NCBI GenBank assembly: GCA_963663225.1
Contig: OY760142.1
Coordinates: forward strand, 512,001-576,000
DNA from: Nitrospirota bacterium
GTDB taxonomy: Bacteria; Nitrospirota; UBA9217
DNA: 64,000 nt
Direction: 5' to 3'
Shown: piece after piece, positions 53,110 to 64,000 of the stretch
How positions within the stretch are numbered: the stretch's first letter is position 1
Layout of the letters: each line of letters opens with the position of its first letter
Made by a program: the position numbers and the translations under genes
Notes under the pieces: generated by a model
What the model was told of the DNA's origin: nothing
Seen by the model: the letters and a program-made list of their open reading frames with translations, nothing else
The model's database searches: none

Positions 53110-56100
53110 TCAGCGAGGTTCCGTGTCGAGGACTTCCCGCATTTTTCTGGCAAGGCTTTGGGGAGTGTATGGTTTGCCGATAAAATTCAGATTTTTTTCG
53201 AGCACGCCGTGATGGACAACCACGTCTGCCGTGTACCCTGAGGTGAACAATACCTTCATCTCCGGATGAAGTCCGAGCAGCCGTTCCGCCAGATCCCTGC
53301 CGTTCATTCCCGGCATCACCACATCAGTCATCAAAAGATCGATCCGCCCGGCGTGTTTTTCCGCGAGCATGAACGCCTCGCCGCCGTTCGGCGCAGAGAG
53401 CACTTTGTATCCCAGTTCCTTCAGGATCATCAGCGCCACCTGGCGCACGCTCGCCTCATCCTCGACAAGCAGTACTGTCTCATTGCCCGCGGGCAGGTCC
53501 AGTGCGGGTTCGTCCCGGGAAAGCTTCTCGGCCTGTTCTGCAAATCTCGGCAGATAGATTTTAAACGTCGTACCATGCCCTATCTCGGAATACACTTCAA
53601 TAGAGCCTTCGGCCTGCTGGACCAGCCCGAAGATCATGGCAAGACCAAGTCCTGTCCCCCGTCCCTGATCTTTGGTCGTGAAGAAGGGTTCGAAAATATG
53701 CTCCTTCACCTCATCGCTCATGCCCGACCCCGTGTCGCTTACAGCCAGCAGAACGAACTTTCCGGGACGCGCCTGCGGATGGTAGGTGCAGTAGCTTTCG
53801 TCAAGGTCCACGTTGGCCGTCTCGATCATGAGCTTGCCGCCGTCCGGCATGGCGTCCCGGGCATTCACCACAAGGTTTACCAGGACCTGTTCGAACTGCC
53901 CCGGGTCGACCTTGACTGAGCCGGGTTCTTTCCCGAGAGAGGTCAGCAGCTCAATGTCCTCGCCGACAATGCGGACCAGCATCTTATAGAGGTTCTCGAT
54001 AAGGTCATTCAGCCGCAGCACCTTCGGCTCGATGATCTGCTTGCGCGAAAACGCAAGGAGCTGGCGGGTCAACGATGCCGCGCTAGCGGCCGCATTGTTC
54101 ACTTCGTTCAGATGTTGAGCAAGCGGGTCGAGCGGATTGAGGCCTCTCTTGGCCAGCTCCAGATTCCCGATAATAATCGTAAGGAGATTATTGAAATCGT
54201 GGGCAATCCCACCTGCCAAACGACCGACTGCCTCCATTTTCATGGCCTGCCGCAGCTGCTCCTGAAGTTTGTTTCTCTCCGTGATATCGCGGGTGTTCAG
54301 CACTACGGCCTTCACGACCGGATCGTGAAGCAGGTTGCTCCCTACAATTTCCAGAGTGATCCAATGTCCCTTTTTGTGCCGGTAACGGGTTTCAAGCCTG
54401 CGGGCGAGGCCTGGATGTACGAGAGCCTCGAAAAAACTCTTTTTTGCAGGCTCCCGGTCATCGGAATGTAACAAGCCAAAACAACTGGTCCCGATCAGTT
54501 CTTCCGGCTTGTATCCCGTGATCCTCTCCAGGGGGCCGCTGATCGAGGTTTGGATGCCGTTCGCGTCCACCAGCGTGACAATGTCGTTGGAATGCTGTAC
54601 CAGCCGTTTGAAGCGCTCTTCACTCACCCGCAAAGCTTCCGCAGCCTGTTTCTGTCTGGTGATGTCGACCTGGTGCCACAATCGTCCAAACGGTTTTCCA
54701 TTCACGGATATGGGAATAAAATCCCGCAGGTGAGTCTGGTCGTCCTGCATCTGCACTTCCTCGCTCCGTACCGGTTTCCCTTCGGCGACGATTTCCAGAA
54801 TTCTGGTGCCTGCTTCGTCGGGGTGCAGATATCTTCTTTTGATTTTATCGATTATTTCCTGGGAAGTAAGCTCGGTCAGCATCTCCGGCCGTTCTTTCAA
54901 ACGGTACAAATCACAGAATGCCTGGTTGGCAAATTCTATTCTCCCTTCATTCGTCACGAGTAAAATGCTGTTATACATATTTGCGAGGATTGCATAAAAC
55001 CGCTGCAGAGTGGTCCGCAGCTTCTCCTCAGCGCGCTTGCGCTCCGATATATCCGTGAAAGCAGCGATCATGTTGTTGGGTGATGTCTGAAACGCGTGCA
55101 CCTCGAATATGCCCTGGATACGGCCATCATCGTAGACTAAATTTTCTGTATGCCACGGAATTCCGAAGGCGGCCGCATCGCGGTATCGCCGGGGTAATTC
55201 AGTCTCTTGCAGAGGGGGGAACGCTTCTTCTATGGTCTTGCCGATGAAAACCCGGTGGTCCACACCGATAATCCTGTCGGCAGCCGAATTACCACCGTTG
55301 AACACCAGACGGTCATCGTTTTCCAGACGATAGTAATACACTCCGATTGCAAGCGATTCCACGATGAACCTGGTCCTGTTCTCGGATTCGCGCAATATCT
55401 GCTCGGTCTGTTTTCGCTCGGTGATATTGCGCGCGATGCCGAGAATCCGCAGCGGCTTCCCTTGTTCATCCCGCATAAGCGTCCCATTGGCCTCGACCCA
55501 TCTCATGCGTCCATCCGCCTGCGGGACGCGGAATTGCACGTGATATTCCTGCTCACCGCGAAGAGCCGACTGCACCGTTGACATCACGCCTTCCCGGTCC
55601 TCCGGATGGATGCTTTGAAAAAGATCTGAAACGCCCGGATGATAAAATCCTTCCGGCCTTCCAAAGAGCTCATGCACTGGGCCGGTTTCAGTATGGGTGC
55701 CGTCAACATTGATCTCCCAGGCGACAACATGGGCGGCATCGAGTGTCAGTTTCAGCCTTTTTGCGCTTTCCTCCAGGGACTTTTCCGCCTGCTTTCGTTC
55801 TGTAATGTCATGGACGATGCCGCGGTACGCTACAATATCGCCTGTTTTATTCCGTATTGCGGTAGAAGTCGACAGCACCGTCAGCCTTTTGCCATCTTTC
55901 CTTTTCAGCGTTACTTCAAAATCCTTTACAAATCCGTTTTCTTTGAGCAGCGCCACGTATTTGCATCTATCTTCAGGATTGGTAAAAACATCTCTGGCTG
56001 TATTCAGCGCCAAAACTTCGTCATTTGACGAATAGCCGAGCAACTCCACCGCCGCAGGATTTACATCCAAATATTTTCCTTCCAGCGAGCTCACAAAAAT

Positions 56101-57261
56101 CGCGTCTTTCGACTCTTCGAAAAGGAGCTGATAATTTATTTCAGACTGTCTGCGCTCTTCCTTCTGATATTCAAGCGCGGCGGCCATGCGGTTAAAGCTG
56201 TCACCCAACTGGCCGATTTCATCCCGTTTACCGCCCCCCATGTCCACCCGTATGCTCAGGTCCCCCCGCGAAATGACGTCCGCAGCCCCGATCAGTTTTC
56301 TCACGCGGCGCATGATGAAATAGTCTCCGCCATACCACGCAATGGCGCATGCCATGCCCAATAATACAATGAGTACCGCTAGATTTCTCACCAGCCTGCG
56401 GTTTATTTCGGAATAAACCGCTTCCCGGGACATAGCGTATCTGACATGCAGACCTTTGTCTGTGCCCTGCACCAGGGTAAATGCCCATATCCGCGCGACG
56501 CCGTCCATCCCTGTTGCGGTGACGATTCCCTCGTCCCGGGTCTGGGTCTCGATTGCCTTAGTGACCGCTGAATCCGCCATACTAGCACCGGACCATTTTT
56601 CCGTTTCCGGGTACCGGTAGAGAACGGTCAGGTTGCGGTCCAGCACGGTCAGGCTCGCCTGCTCAGACAGCGGCACTTCTTTCAGCTTTTCTTTAAAAGC
56701 GTTTAAATCAATGGCCAAGAATACAACAGATTTAACCTGATCTTTTTTGTCAAGCACCGGTAGCGCCACATTTATCTGCGGATGTCCGTTGATTCTTGAA
56801 AATTGAAACTCGCCGAATGACAATGTCTTTTTCCGGATAGCATTTATGAAGTAGGGCCGGTCTGATATGTTTACTATCTTGGTGAAGGGGATAGCACTGC
56901 AAAAAAGATTTCCGTCCGGTTTTGCAACGGCTATATTGTTGTAGATAGGCAGTTTCTTTTTGAAATTCGCAAGGTAGGTACTGCACACATTAGCGTCATA
57001 ATTCTGCACCGCGGTAAATTCCGTGAGGCCGCTCAGGACCTGCTGAGATCCCTCCACAATCTGTTCAAGATAATTCGCGGACAGTATTGCCATCCGCATG
57101 GTTTCGGCGCGGGCTTCTGCTTCTTTCTGATTTCGCTGCTCTGAAGCTGAGAACAGCAGGAAGGCCAGTGCGGGAATGGACGCAATGATTACCAGAATCA
57201 GGAGGCGAGTTCGAAGGCTGGAAAAATTGAATGCCGGCAAGGTTGCTCCCTTCTGGGCCAA
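53110..57261 (-). CDS. Hybrid histidine kinase: dCache-HAMP-5xPAS-HisKA-HATPase-REC
   Basis: 'ISDRPYF', HAMP, 'AHDFNNLL', 'LLMTDVVMP'; TTG start. Confidence 0.92.
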   Translation of the reverse strand: MAQKGATLPAFNFSSLRTRLLILVIIASIPALAFLLFSASEQRNQKEAEARAETMRMAILSANYLEQIVEGSQQVLSGLTEFTAVQNYDANVCSTYLANFKKKLPIYNNIAVAKPDGNLFCSAIPFTKIVNISDRPYFINAIRKKTLSFGEFQFSRINGHPQINVALPVLDKKDQVKSVVFLAIDLNAFKEKLKEVPLSEQASLTVLDRNLTVLYRYPETEKWSGASMADSAVTKAIETQTRDEGIVTATGMDGVARIWAFTLVQGTDKGLHVRYAMSREAVYSEINRRLVRNLAVLIVLLGMACAIAWYGGDYFIMRRVRKLIGAADVISRGDLSIRVDMGGGKRDEIGQLGDSFNRMAAALEYQKEERRQSEINYQLLFEESKDAIFVSSLEGKYLDVNPAAVELLGYSSNDEVLALNTARDVFTNPEDRCKYVALLKENGFVKDFEVTLKRKDGKRLTVLSTSTAIRNKTGDIVAYRGIVHDITERKQAEKSLEESAKRLKLTLDAAHVVAWEINVDGTHTETGPVHELFGRPEGFYHPGVSDLFQSIHPEDREGVMSTVQSALRGEQEYHVQFRVPQADGRMRWVEANGTLMRDEQGKPLRILGIARNITERKQTEQILRESENRTRFIVESLAIGVYYYRLENDDRLVFNGGNSAADRIIGVDHRVFIGKTIEEAFPPLQETELPRRYRDAAAFGIPWHTENLVYDDGRIQGIFEVHAFQTSPNNMIAAFTDISERKRAEEKLRTTLQRFYAILANMYNSILLVTNEGRIEFANQAFCDLYRLKERPEMLTELTSQEIIDKIKRRYLHPDEAGTRILEIVAEGKPVRSEEVQMQDDQTHLRDFIPISVNGKPFGRLWHQVDITRQKQAAEALRVSEERFKRLVQHSNDIVTLVDANGIQTSISGPLERITGYKPEELIGTSCFGLLHSDDREPAKKSFFEALVHPGLARRLETRYRHKKGHWITLEIVGSNLLHDPVVKAVVLNTRDITERNKLQEQLRQAMKMEAVGRLAGGIAHDFNNLLTIIIGNLELAKRGLNPLDPLAQHLNEVNNAAASAASLTRQLLAFSRKQIIEPKVLRLNDLIENLYKMLVRIVGEDIELLTSLGKEPGSVKVDPGQFEQVLVNLVVNARDAMPDGGKLMIETANVDLDESYCTYHPQARPGKFVLLAVSDTGSGMSDEVKEHIFEPFFTTKDQGRGTGLGLAMIFGLVQQAEGSIEVYSEIGHGTTFKIYLPRFAEQAEKLSRDEPALDLPAGNETVLLVEDEASVRQVALMILKELGYKVLSAPNGGEAFMLAEKHAGRIDLLMTDVVMPGMNGRDLAERLLGLHPEMKVLFTSGYTADVVVHHGVLEKNLNFIGKPYTPQSLARKMREVLDTEPR

Positions 57262-57431
57262 ATCCGTATATCGAACCTGTCTGTTAATAGTATAACAAAA
57301 ATATTACTCACGAACACATCCTTTTTTTCTTTTCATGAGCATCTGTGGAACTACGGTCGATGACAGGGAGTCCCGGACGAAAATCATGCACGCAGTTTTT
57401 AGGCTTTTTCCCGGGCATCCAATATGTGGTT

Positions 57432-59138
57432 TTATATTTTGAAAAAAGCGGTTACTTCTTTTAAGCCGTCCGAGAGCCGGGCAAGTTCCGCAGCTGCGGC
57501 TTTGATCTGATCAGCGGAACTTGCAGCGCGCTGTGTTATGCTTGAAATATTCGCCATATTTTGCGAAACCTGCTCCGAGGCCGCTGATTGCTCTTCAGTC
57601 GCCGCTGCAATACGCTGCACCATGTCCATCGCGCCGGTCGCAGCCTCCACAATGGAGTTCAGCGAGGTGCTTGCCTCTTTTGCCAGCCCCACGCCGTTCT
57701 CAACCTCAGTGCTGCTGTTTTTTACCACTTCAACCGCGCCGGTTGCAGCAGCCTGGATACCGCTGATTCTGTCGGCAATGTCTTTTGTCGCCTGGGTTGT
57801 CCGTTCCGCAAGCTTTCTCACTTCATCGGCCACCACGGCGAACCCCCTTCCCTGCTCTCCGGCCCGTGCAGCCTCAATGGCCGCATTCAGGGCCAGCAGG
57901 TTCGTCTGGTCCGCAATGCCGTTGATAACCGCGACAATCTCGCCGATCTGTGCGGAGCTTTTCCCGAGCTCTTCAATAGTAGCCGCGGTCTGCTGCACGG
58001 TCTGCGCAATTTTTGCCATGTCATCAGCAGACCGGTCGACTGTTTCCTTGCCCTTTACTGCCGTTTCCGAAACTTTCTTGCTCGCATCGGCAGCATGAGA
58101 CGCATTTTTTGCCACATCCATGATGGTCTGGGAAACTTCGGTCATGGCGGTCACAATCTGCTCTACCTGCGACAACAGCTCTTTTGAACCGCTGTTCAGA
58201 TCATCCGCGGATGTTGAGAGCTGTACACTGCCTGACGCGACCCGCTCTGATGCGGATTTAATCTCGCCGGCGATCGTCTTTAGTTTGCCGGACATTTTTT
58301 CCATGGAAGCGTAGATCCCGCTCTTTGTTTTGCTGTTTGATTGAAATTGGACTTTAAGATCACCTTCAGATATCTTTTCTGCAATATCCGCAATTACGGC
58401 CGGCTCACCGCCAACCTGCTTCAGCAGTTTGCGAGTAACAAAATTCGATACAAATACCGCCACGATAACGCAGAGTATCGTGCCGACTACCAATAAGAGT
58501 ATGCCCTTTCTGAATTTCCCCTGGAAATCTTCCTCCTGTTTTTTCAGGATAGCCTCAATGGTGTCAATATAATTACCGGAAGCAATAATCCAGCCAAACG
58601 GTTTGAATTCTACAACATAACTTCTCTTGGGAAGCGGAACAGTCCCGCCGTCTTTAGGAAACCAGTAAACAGTAAACCCACCGTCCTGCTTCACGCCTTC
58701 CTTGAGCAAGTCACGCACGATATAATTGCCTTTTTTGTCCTGCATATCGATCCTGTTGGTGCCGATATTTTTAGTATTCGGATGGGCGACGCTGATGCCT
58801 TCCATAGTATAGGCAATAATATATCCGTCATTCCCGAATCTAAGCGTCATCAGCTGGCTGGCTCCGATTTTCTTCGCCTGTTCGAGCGTGAATTCCTTGT
58901 TCTGGTGCCTGTTGTAAATGCCCTGCAGCAGCGAAACCGCAGTCTGGACTTCGCTTTTGGCCAGCGTGTCAAAGTCCGCATAGAGCATTTCCCGCTGTTC
59001 TGCTGTTGCCTGCGAGTAGATTTTATAACTTTGTAGCAGCGCTATTCCGCTTACGACAAAGGCCACAGACACACACGCCGCTATTACCAAAAGAGAAATT
59101 TTATTTCCAAATGTGTTGATTTTATGTGTTGTTTTCAT
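57432..59138 (-). CDS. Methyl-accepting chemotaxis protein with Cache domain
   Basis: '[38 protein letters not shown]'. Confidence 0.96.
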   Translation of the reverse strand: MKTTHKINTFGNKISLLVIAACVSVAFVVSGIALLQSYKIYSQATAEQREMLYADFDTLAKSEVQTAVSLLQGIYNRHQNKEFTLEQAKKIGASQLMTLRFGNDGYIIAYTMEGISVAHPNTKNIGTNRIDMQDKKGNYIVRDLLKEGVKQDGGFTVYWFPKDGGTVPLPKRSYVVEFKPFGWIIASGNYIDTIEAILKKQEEDFQGKFRKGILLLVVGTILCVIVAVFVSNFVTRKLLKQVGGEPAVIADIAEKISEGDLKVQFQSNSKTKSGIYASMEKMSGKLKTIAGEIKSASERVASGSVQLSTSADDLNSGSKELLSQVEQIVTAMTEVSQTIMDVAKNASHAADASKKVSETAVKGKETVDRSADDMAKIAQTVQQTAATIEELGKSSAQIGEIVAVINGIADQTNLLALNAAIEAARAGEQGRGFAVVADEVRKLAERTTQATKDIADRISGIQAAATGAVEVVKNSSTEVENGVGLAKEASTSLNSIVEAATGAMDMVQRIAAATEEQSAASEQVSQNMANISSITQRAASSADQIKAAAAELARLSDGLKEVTAFFKI

Positions 59139-59472
59139 GGTTTTGGCCTTTCTGCACTGGTTTTAATTATTACCCATGTTGCGACTTAAGTATCTGTTTT
59201 TTAAAGATTACTAATGCTATTTTTTGCAATTTTCTGCTTATCACTACTATCGGTTTTCTATGCATAAACTTTAATCAGAAGAGACAAAAAATTGGTGGTA
59301 AGAAAGAGACGTGTTTGATTCCGCCAGTTGGATGGAAAGGCAGACTAGGGATTTTACTGGCAAAGCAAAACCGTAAAGCAGGCTTGTTGCTGTGTTAATC
59401 TGAGGAGAAGACGAAAGCCCCGGATTGCCCGAAGCCTTGTATCAATGAAAGCAGGAAGTTCTGATCGCCACA

Positions 59473-60726
59473 TCATGTCTTGTCGTTTTTCAGCGTTTTT
59501 ATTTTGTCTTCCAGCGTTTTCGCACAATCGGGGCAAATCCCGTGGCTGAACATGGCATCAGAATGTTCGCAGAAGTATTTTTCCAATGCCTCCCAGGATT
59601 GCTGCTCATTCTGAATTTTTTTGCAGTACGAACAGATGGAGATGATTCCTTCCAGCCGTTTTACCCTGGAGAGGGCTTCGTTCAGCTCTTCATTTCGGCG
59701 CTGCATTTCTTCAGCATGTTGTTTTGCTTCTGCATGAAGAAGGGTAGTAATTCTGCTTCTATAAATCATACGAGATGATATGATCATCGCCAACGCAAAG
59801 ATGGCGATCAACATCAGTGCGCTTGCTGCTTCCTCGTACCAAGGGGTCAGATAGTCGCCCGGAGCGGTCGTGGCAAAAACATAAAATGGATATCTGTCGG
59901 TTTTGCGGAAGGTCACCTTTCGTTCTTTGTTATCGCGCGCAAATACCGTATTGTATGTTGCAGTAACAGGATTTGCCCTGATCATGTCGCGGGTCTTCTG
60001 CGATATGACGTCCGAGCCGATCTGACTTGCCGGTTCCTGGCTCTTCGGATGCAAAGCAATCAGATTGAGTTCTGCATCCCTGATGCCTATTGCGCCACCC
60101 TTGCCGATCTCCAGTTGTGAAAAAAGCTTGTCGAAATATTTGACGTCAAACTGTGCAACCGCCGCTCCGCCAAAAGAACCGTCAGGATGGTTAACTCTTC
60201 TGGCTAGCAAGATACTCCACTTCCCGGATTCGCGTCCCAGCAGCAGTTTGGATACAACCAGATTTTCTTCCGGATTGCTGCGAAGTCGCTTAAAATAGTC
60301 GCGGTCGCTGATGTTTGTCGGTTTTCCGGCAGGGACATTGGTTCCGTACAACATATTCCCCCCGACATCAGTGACACGCATGCCGTACACTTCCGGAAAC
60401 TGTTGAACTTGTCTGGCAATATATGCATTCAGTTCCTTCTTTTTAATACCACCTGCAACCAGCTGTCTCTCGGTTTCCTGCGACACGGCGAGCAAGCCGA
60501 TATCGATCTTGTCAAAAATATCACCCAGGTGAGTGTCAAAGGACTTCGTCAGGTTCTGGATCGTAACTATGGCCATCGCATCATAGTGCCGACGGCTATT
60601 ATAGAGTGCAAGCCCCACAAGGGTTATGACAAACAGGATGATGACAATTGTGCCTGCTGCCAATCTACGGGCAAAATTATCCCGCTGTTCAGCGTTGTGC
60701 GTTTTTAAATCACCATTTTCGTTCAT
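59473..60726 (-). CDS. dCache membrane sensor with C-terminal CxxC...CxxC domain
   Basis: Two TM helices, 'ISDRDYF', 'ICSYCKKI...W..LE.Y...FSHGICPDC'. Confidence 0.85.
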   Translation of the reverse strand: MNENGDLKTHNAEQRDNFARRLAAGTIVIILFVITLVGLALYNSRRHYDAMAIVTIQNLTKSFDTHLGDIFDKIDIGLLAVSQETERQLVAGGIKKKELNAYIARQVQQFPEVYGMRVTDVGGNMLYGTNVPAGKPTNISDRDYFKRLRSNPEENLVVSKLLLGRESGKWSILLARRVNHPDGSFGGAAVAQFDVKYFDKLFSQLEIGKGGAIGIRDAELNLIALHPKSQEPASQIGSDVISQKTRDMIRANPVTATYNTVFARDNKERKVTFRKTDRYPFYVFATTAPGDYLTPWYEEAASALMLIAIFALAMIISSRMIYRSRITTLLHAEAKQHAEEMQRRNEELNEALSRVKRLEGIISICSYCKKIQNEQQSWEALEKYFCEHSDAMFSHGICPDCAKTLEDKIKTLKNDKT

Positions 60727-61045
60727 AGGGATATAACCTTTATAATTTCATACTTGGCATACGTATAAGATGAAAATTTATAGAAAGAATTACTGCTTAT
60801 AATATATTGTAGCAACTATTGCAGAAAATAACGCAAAATGTTGCAAAAAGTTGCCTAATATAAATGAAACGATAAAAATATTCAAGACAAATTTGACGCG
60901 ATTGAATATTTATTAGGAGGGAAGTCAGTTCACTACGCGCACCATTATTCGGAAGGTTTACGGGATGGAGTTGACACACGGGACAGGATTATCACATTTT
61001 TATCACAGCAAAAAAAGCGTTTCCGCCGATTCACGCAAAACAAAA

Positions 61046-61579
61046 TCACGAAATCCCGAGTTTATGGGCCCAACTCAACACCTCTGATGCCGCAGAGCTT
61101 GCATTGGTTCCCTGTATGGCAAGTCCCTCCAGCACGGTAGCCTTGGGGCATGCCTTGGCAATATCCTTTTCGCTGCGGCCCATGCCGCTTCCTTCATGGG
61201 TACAGAATGGCACGATTGTCTTTCCCGAGAAATCATAGCTCTCCAGGAACGCATAGACCGGCATAGGCATCGTCCCCCACCAATTCGGATACCCCAAAAA
61301 TATCACCTCGTATGCCTCAATGTTTTCGACACGTCCGTTCAGCTTCGGCCTGGCCTTGGTACGCAGTTCATTCCTGGCAACTTCCGTTGTTTCAGAATAA
61401 TCTTTGGGATAGGCGGCGGCAGTCTCAATGTGAAATAGGTCGCCTCCCGTTTGTCTCTGAATCATCTTTGCGACAAGTTCGGTATTGCCGACTTTGAGAT
61501 CGACAATCCTGCCGCTAACATAGTTTTCTCCCTTCCGGGAGAAATAGGCTATCAGACATTTCCTGTTCGTTAAGTTCAT
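61046..61579 (-). CDS. Flavodoxin (Flavodoxin_4-like)
   Basis: 'AYFSR.G...GNT', 'GYPNWWG', 'PFCTHEGSG'. Confidence 0.92.
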   Translation of the reverse strand: MNLTNRKCLIAYFSRKGENYVSGRIVDLKVGNTELVAKMIQRQTGGDLFHIETAAAYPKDYSETTEVARNELRTKARPKLNGRVENIEAYEVIFLGYPNWWGTMPMPVYAFLESYDFSGKTIVPFCTHEGSGMGRSEKDIAKACPKATVLEGLAIQGTNASSAASEVLSWAHKLGIS

Positions 61580-61595
61580 AACGGGATCCTCATTA

Positions 61596-61925
61596 TTAAA
61601 ATTGTTTCTTCTCAAGCACGTTCTTCAAATGACTGAAGCCTGACGCCGCAGTCGGCCAACCTGCATAGAACGCAATATGCGTAATCGCAGCTACCAGCTC
61701 TTCCTTTGTCAGGCCGTTCTCGAACGCCTTGTTCAGATGGAACTCTACTTGCTCGATACGATTCAGAGCGACCAGACACGTGACGGTGATCAGGCTTTTG
61801 TCTCGCTGCGAGAGCGGAGGACGCTTCCAGACATCCTCGAAGAGAAAATCCTGGGTAAGCTTCGCGAATTCAGGCGCTATCGCCGCTAATTCACTTGTTG
61901 CTTTTTGGACGTCGCTGTTTGACAT
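61596..61925 (-). CDS. Carboxymuconolactone decarboxylase family protein
   Basis: 'LF.DVW.R..LS.RD.SL.T', 'H.AFYAGWP'. Confidence 0.92.
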   Translation of the reverse strand: MSNSDVQKATSELAAIAPEFAKLTQDFLFEDVWKRPPLSQRDKSLITVTCLVALNRIEQVEFHLNKAFENGLTKEELVAAITHIAFYAGWPTAASGFSHLKNVLEKKQF

Positions 61926-62113
61926 ACCTATCTCCTTTCTTGGTTAAAACTGCCGGGTAAGTGAAAAACTGCTTGGGTTCATGATCCTGTATTTTATTCT
62001 GCAACCCGATTCACGGGCATGCGCAAGGCATAAGGGTTGCTCACGTTCCGCGTTAGTTATAAGGCGGGTCGCTGCCTTCTCCTCGTGAAGAGGCAAACAC
62101 TCGGTCGGCTACC

Positions 62114-63097
62114 TTAGACTTGCGTAATCAACTCATACTGATCATTGCCCATTCTCAACTCTTTCATGTAGGACAGCTGACGCAGCCCCTTGCGGGATTC
62201 GATGCGTTCCTGAAGGTCATGCAGTTCCGCTTCAGGCAGCTTATACACCATGTCTATGGACGCCTGCTCTACGGTCAAGAGATCGGTGGAAGCCAGGATG
62301 CCCAGATCACGCGCTTTGACCGGCGCGGCCCTGACACCAGCGCAGTCGCAGTCCACGGACATATTGCGCAGTACATTTATATAAACAATCCTGTTGCCAA
62401 AATAATCCATGACGGCTTTAGCCGCCTCCACCATGTTCTCCTGAAAAGGTTCGCCTTTCAGCCATCTATCATAATTTACGTTGTCCGGAGCGCCGTGGAT
62501 CATTTTCTTGCCTATGCGCCCATCCGCGCAACCTATGGCGATATTTTTCAGTGAACCGCCAAAGCCGCCGCTGGCGTGACCCTTGAAATGGGTCAACACC
62601 ACCATCGAGTCATAATCGAGCATGTGCTTGCCGACCGACATTTCCTTGAAATGCTTCCCGCCTTTGACGGGAATCAGCGCTGCCCCGTCCTCATCCATGA
62701 TGTCAACCGTGCAGAAATCCCAGCCGTTAACCCGAATGGTTTCGCGATGATCTGCCGTAGTATATCTCTTGCCCATATACAGAGTATTTGTTTCCACCAG
62801 ACTGCTGTTGATAATTTGCTTCTGCAGCGCCCGCACCATGTTCCGCGGCAGTATATTGGGGCCATTCGGCTCGCCGGTGTGGACTTTGATCCCGACTTTG
62901 CCCGTTATGTTGTGATTGATTCTGGAATAGATTTTCAGCAACCCATCGGCGCTGATGTCTTTTGTGAAATAGACCTGGGATTTGCCCTGTTGCGCCGCAA
63001 GAGCGATATCCAGCCCCTTGAAATCACCTACGGCAACAGCGCCCAGTACGATTGAGCTTCCTTTCAGAAAACTTCGCCGTGAAATATTCTTCTCCAT
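62114..63097 (-). CDS. Tat-exported DUF362 family protein
   Basis: 'SRRSFLK' Tat motif, 'IKVHTGE', 'HFKGH...GFGGSLKN...GC', 'DCDC'. Confidence 0.88.
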   Translation of the reverse strand: MEKNISRRSFLKGSSIVLGAVAVGDFKGLDIALAAQQGKSQVYFTKDISADGLLKIYSRINHNITGKVGIKVHTGEPNGPNILPRNMVRALQKQIINSSLVETNTLYMGKRYTTADHRETIRVNGWDFCTVDIMDEDGAALIPVKGGKHFKEMSVGKHMLDYDSMVVLTHFKGHASGGFGGSLKNIAIGCADGRIGKKMIHGAPDNVNYDRWLKGEPFQENMVEAAKAVMDYFGNRIVYINVLRNMSVDCDCAGVRAAPVKARDLGILASTDLLTVEQASIDMVYKLPEAELHDLQERIESRKGLRQLSYMKELRMGNDQYELITQV

Positions 63098-63149
63098 GTT
63101 TATCTTCCCTTCCGGAGCGCCATGGCTTTCATGATGGATTCTTTTGCCA

Positions 63150-64000
63150 TCAGGACTTCAGCGACGCCATATCGATTGAGAAGCGGTACTTCACATCTGA
63201 CTTGAGTAGCCGCTCGTAAGCTTCATTGACCTTCTGGATGGGGATGACTTCGACATCTGCAGTGATACTGTGCTTGCCGCAAAAATCGAGCATCTCCTGT
63301 GTCTCGGGGATGCCGCCAATGATCGAACCGGAGAGACTGCGGCGGCCAAACAAAAGAGCGAAGGCGGAGACAGCAAGAGGTTTTTCCGGGGCGCCGACAA
63401 GGGTTATATTGCCGTCCCTGCCAAGCATGTTAATGTAGGCGTTAATGTCGTGGTCGGCAGCGATGGTGTCAAGGATAAAGTCGAATGTGCCTGCGTGCTT
63501 TTGCATTTCTTCGAGGTTTCTGGAAATGATGACTTCATCGGCTCCCAAACGGAGCGCATCTTCTTTCTTGGCCGGTGAAGTAGTGAAGACAACTACACGG
63601 GCCCCGAAGGCGCGGGCGAACTTGACCCCCATATGGCCCAACCCGCCCAGACCGACTATGCCTACCTTCCTGCCTTTGATGTCACCCCAGCGCCGCAAGG
63701 GAGAGTATGTCGTGATCCCGGCGCAAAGCAGAGGCGCCACACCAGCAAGATTTAGGTTGGCGGGAACGCGCAGAACGAAGCGCTCATCTACCATTATGCT
63801 TTCTGAGTAGCCGCCGTAGGTGACGCCCCCGAGGTGTTTGTCCGGAGAGTTGAAAGTGAGGGTCTGGTTTGGGCATAATTGCTCCAGTCCATCCTTGCAA
63901 TTGGGGCACGTATGATCTGAATCAACCAGGCAGCCGACGCCGACAAGATCGCCCGGCCTGTACTTCGTTACCGCAGAACCGACTCTTGTGACACGGCCTA
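63150..64000 (-). CDS. NADP-dependent Zn alcohol dehydrogenase (YahK/CAD-like); 5' end beyond window
   Basis: Frame continues past the ORF-track start: 'GVGCLVDS..TCPNC..GLEQLC...TYGGYSE...APLLCAGITTYSPL...GLGGLGHMG'. Confidence 0.93.
   Translation of the reverse strand, partial: GRVTRVGSAVTKYRPGDLVGVGCLVDSDHTCPNCKDGLEQLCPNQTLTFNSPDKHLGGVTYGGYSESIMVDERFVLRVPANLNLAGVAPLLCAGITTYSPLRRWGDIKGRKVGIVGLGGLGHMGVKFARAFGARVVVFTTSPAKKEDALRLGADEVIISRNLEEMQKHAGTFDFILDTIAADHDINAYINMLGRDGNITLVGAPEKPLAVSAFALLFGRRSLSGSIIGGIPETQEMLDFCGKHSITADVEVIPIQKVNEAYERLLKSDVKYRFSIDMASLKS

Noticed and set aside
59330-59465. c-di-GMP riboswitch upstream of the MCP gene
   Set aside because: No GCAAA...GAAA...GACGCAAAG core was found on the minus strand.

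Overview
Bacterial chromosomal window. The ilvD-ilvB-ilvN-ilvC-psd-pssA-leuA order and the many hybrid kinases suggest an anaerobic Nitrospirota/Desulfobacterota-like organism (inference). (1) 1-4970: an AT-richer, decayed genomic island at the 3' end of tRNA-fMet. It carries an integrase C-terminal remnant and a co-oriented defence locus: STAS-HATPase kinase, STAS-wHTH protein flanked by two matching palindromes, LRAT-family protein, 57-aa microprotein, Pycsar TM effector and Pycsar cyclase. The cyclase runs off the window and is missing from the ORF track. (2) 6043-12656: a selenium/sulfur cluster of cysE, selD with in-frame UGA and a SECIS-like hairpin, a 146-nt tRNA-Sec-shaped RNA with a Cys (GCA) anticodon, U73 and a 74-nt variable arm, then yedE, tusA, DUF3343, a kinase-like gene, a double rhodanese and a frameshifted yedF. 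(3) 14852-37744: a signalling block with a TonB receptor/periplasmic binding protein/kinase trio, paralogous hybrid kinases and an ErcA/ErcS-like pair. (4) 38132-51691: housekeeping genes. (5) 51917-64000: accessory sensors and oxidoreductases. The top candidates for new biology are the giant-variable-arm tRNA-Cys in the selD operon and the kinase/STAS-repressor-controlled LRAT-microprotein-Pycsar defence operon.
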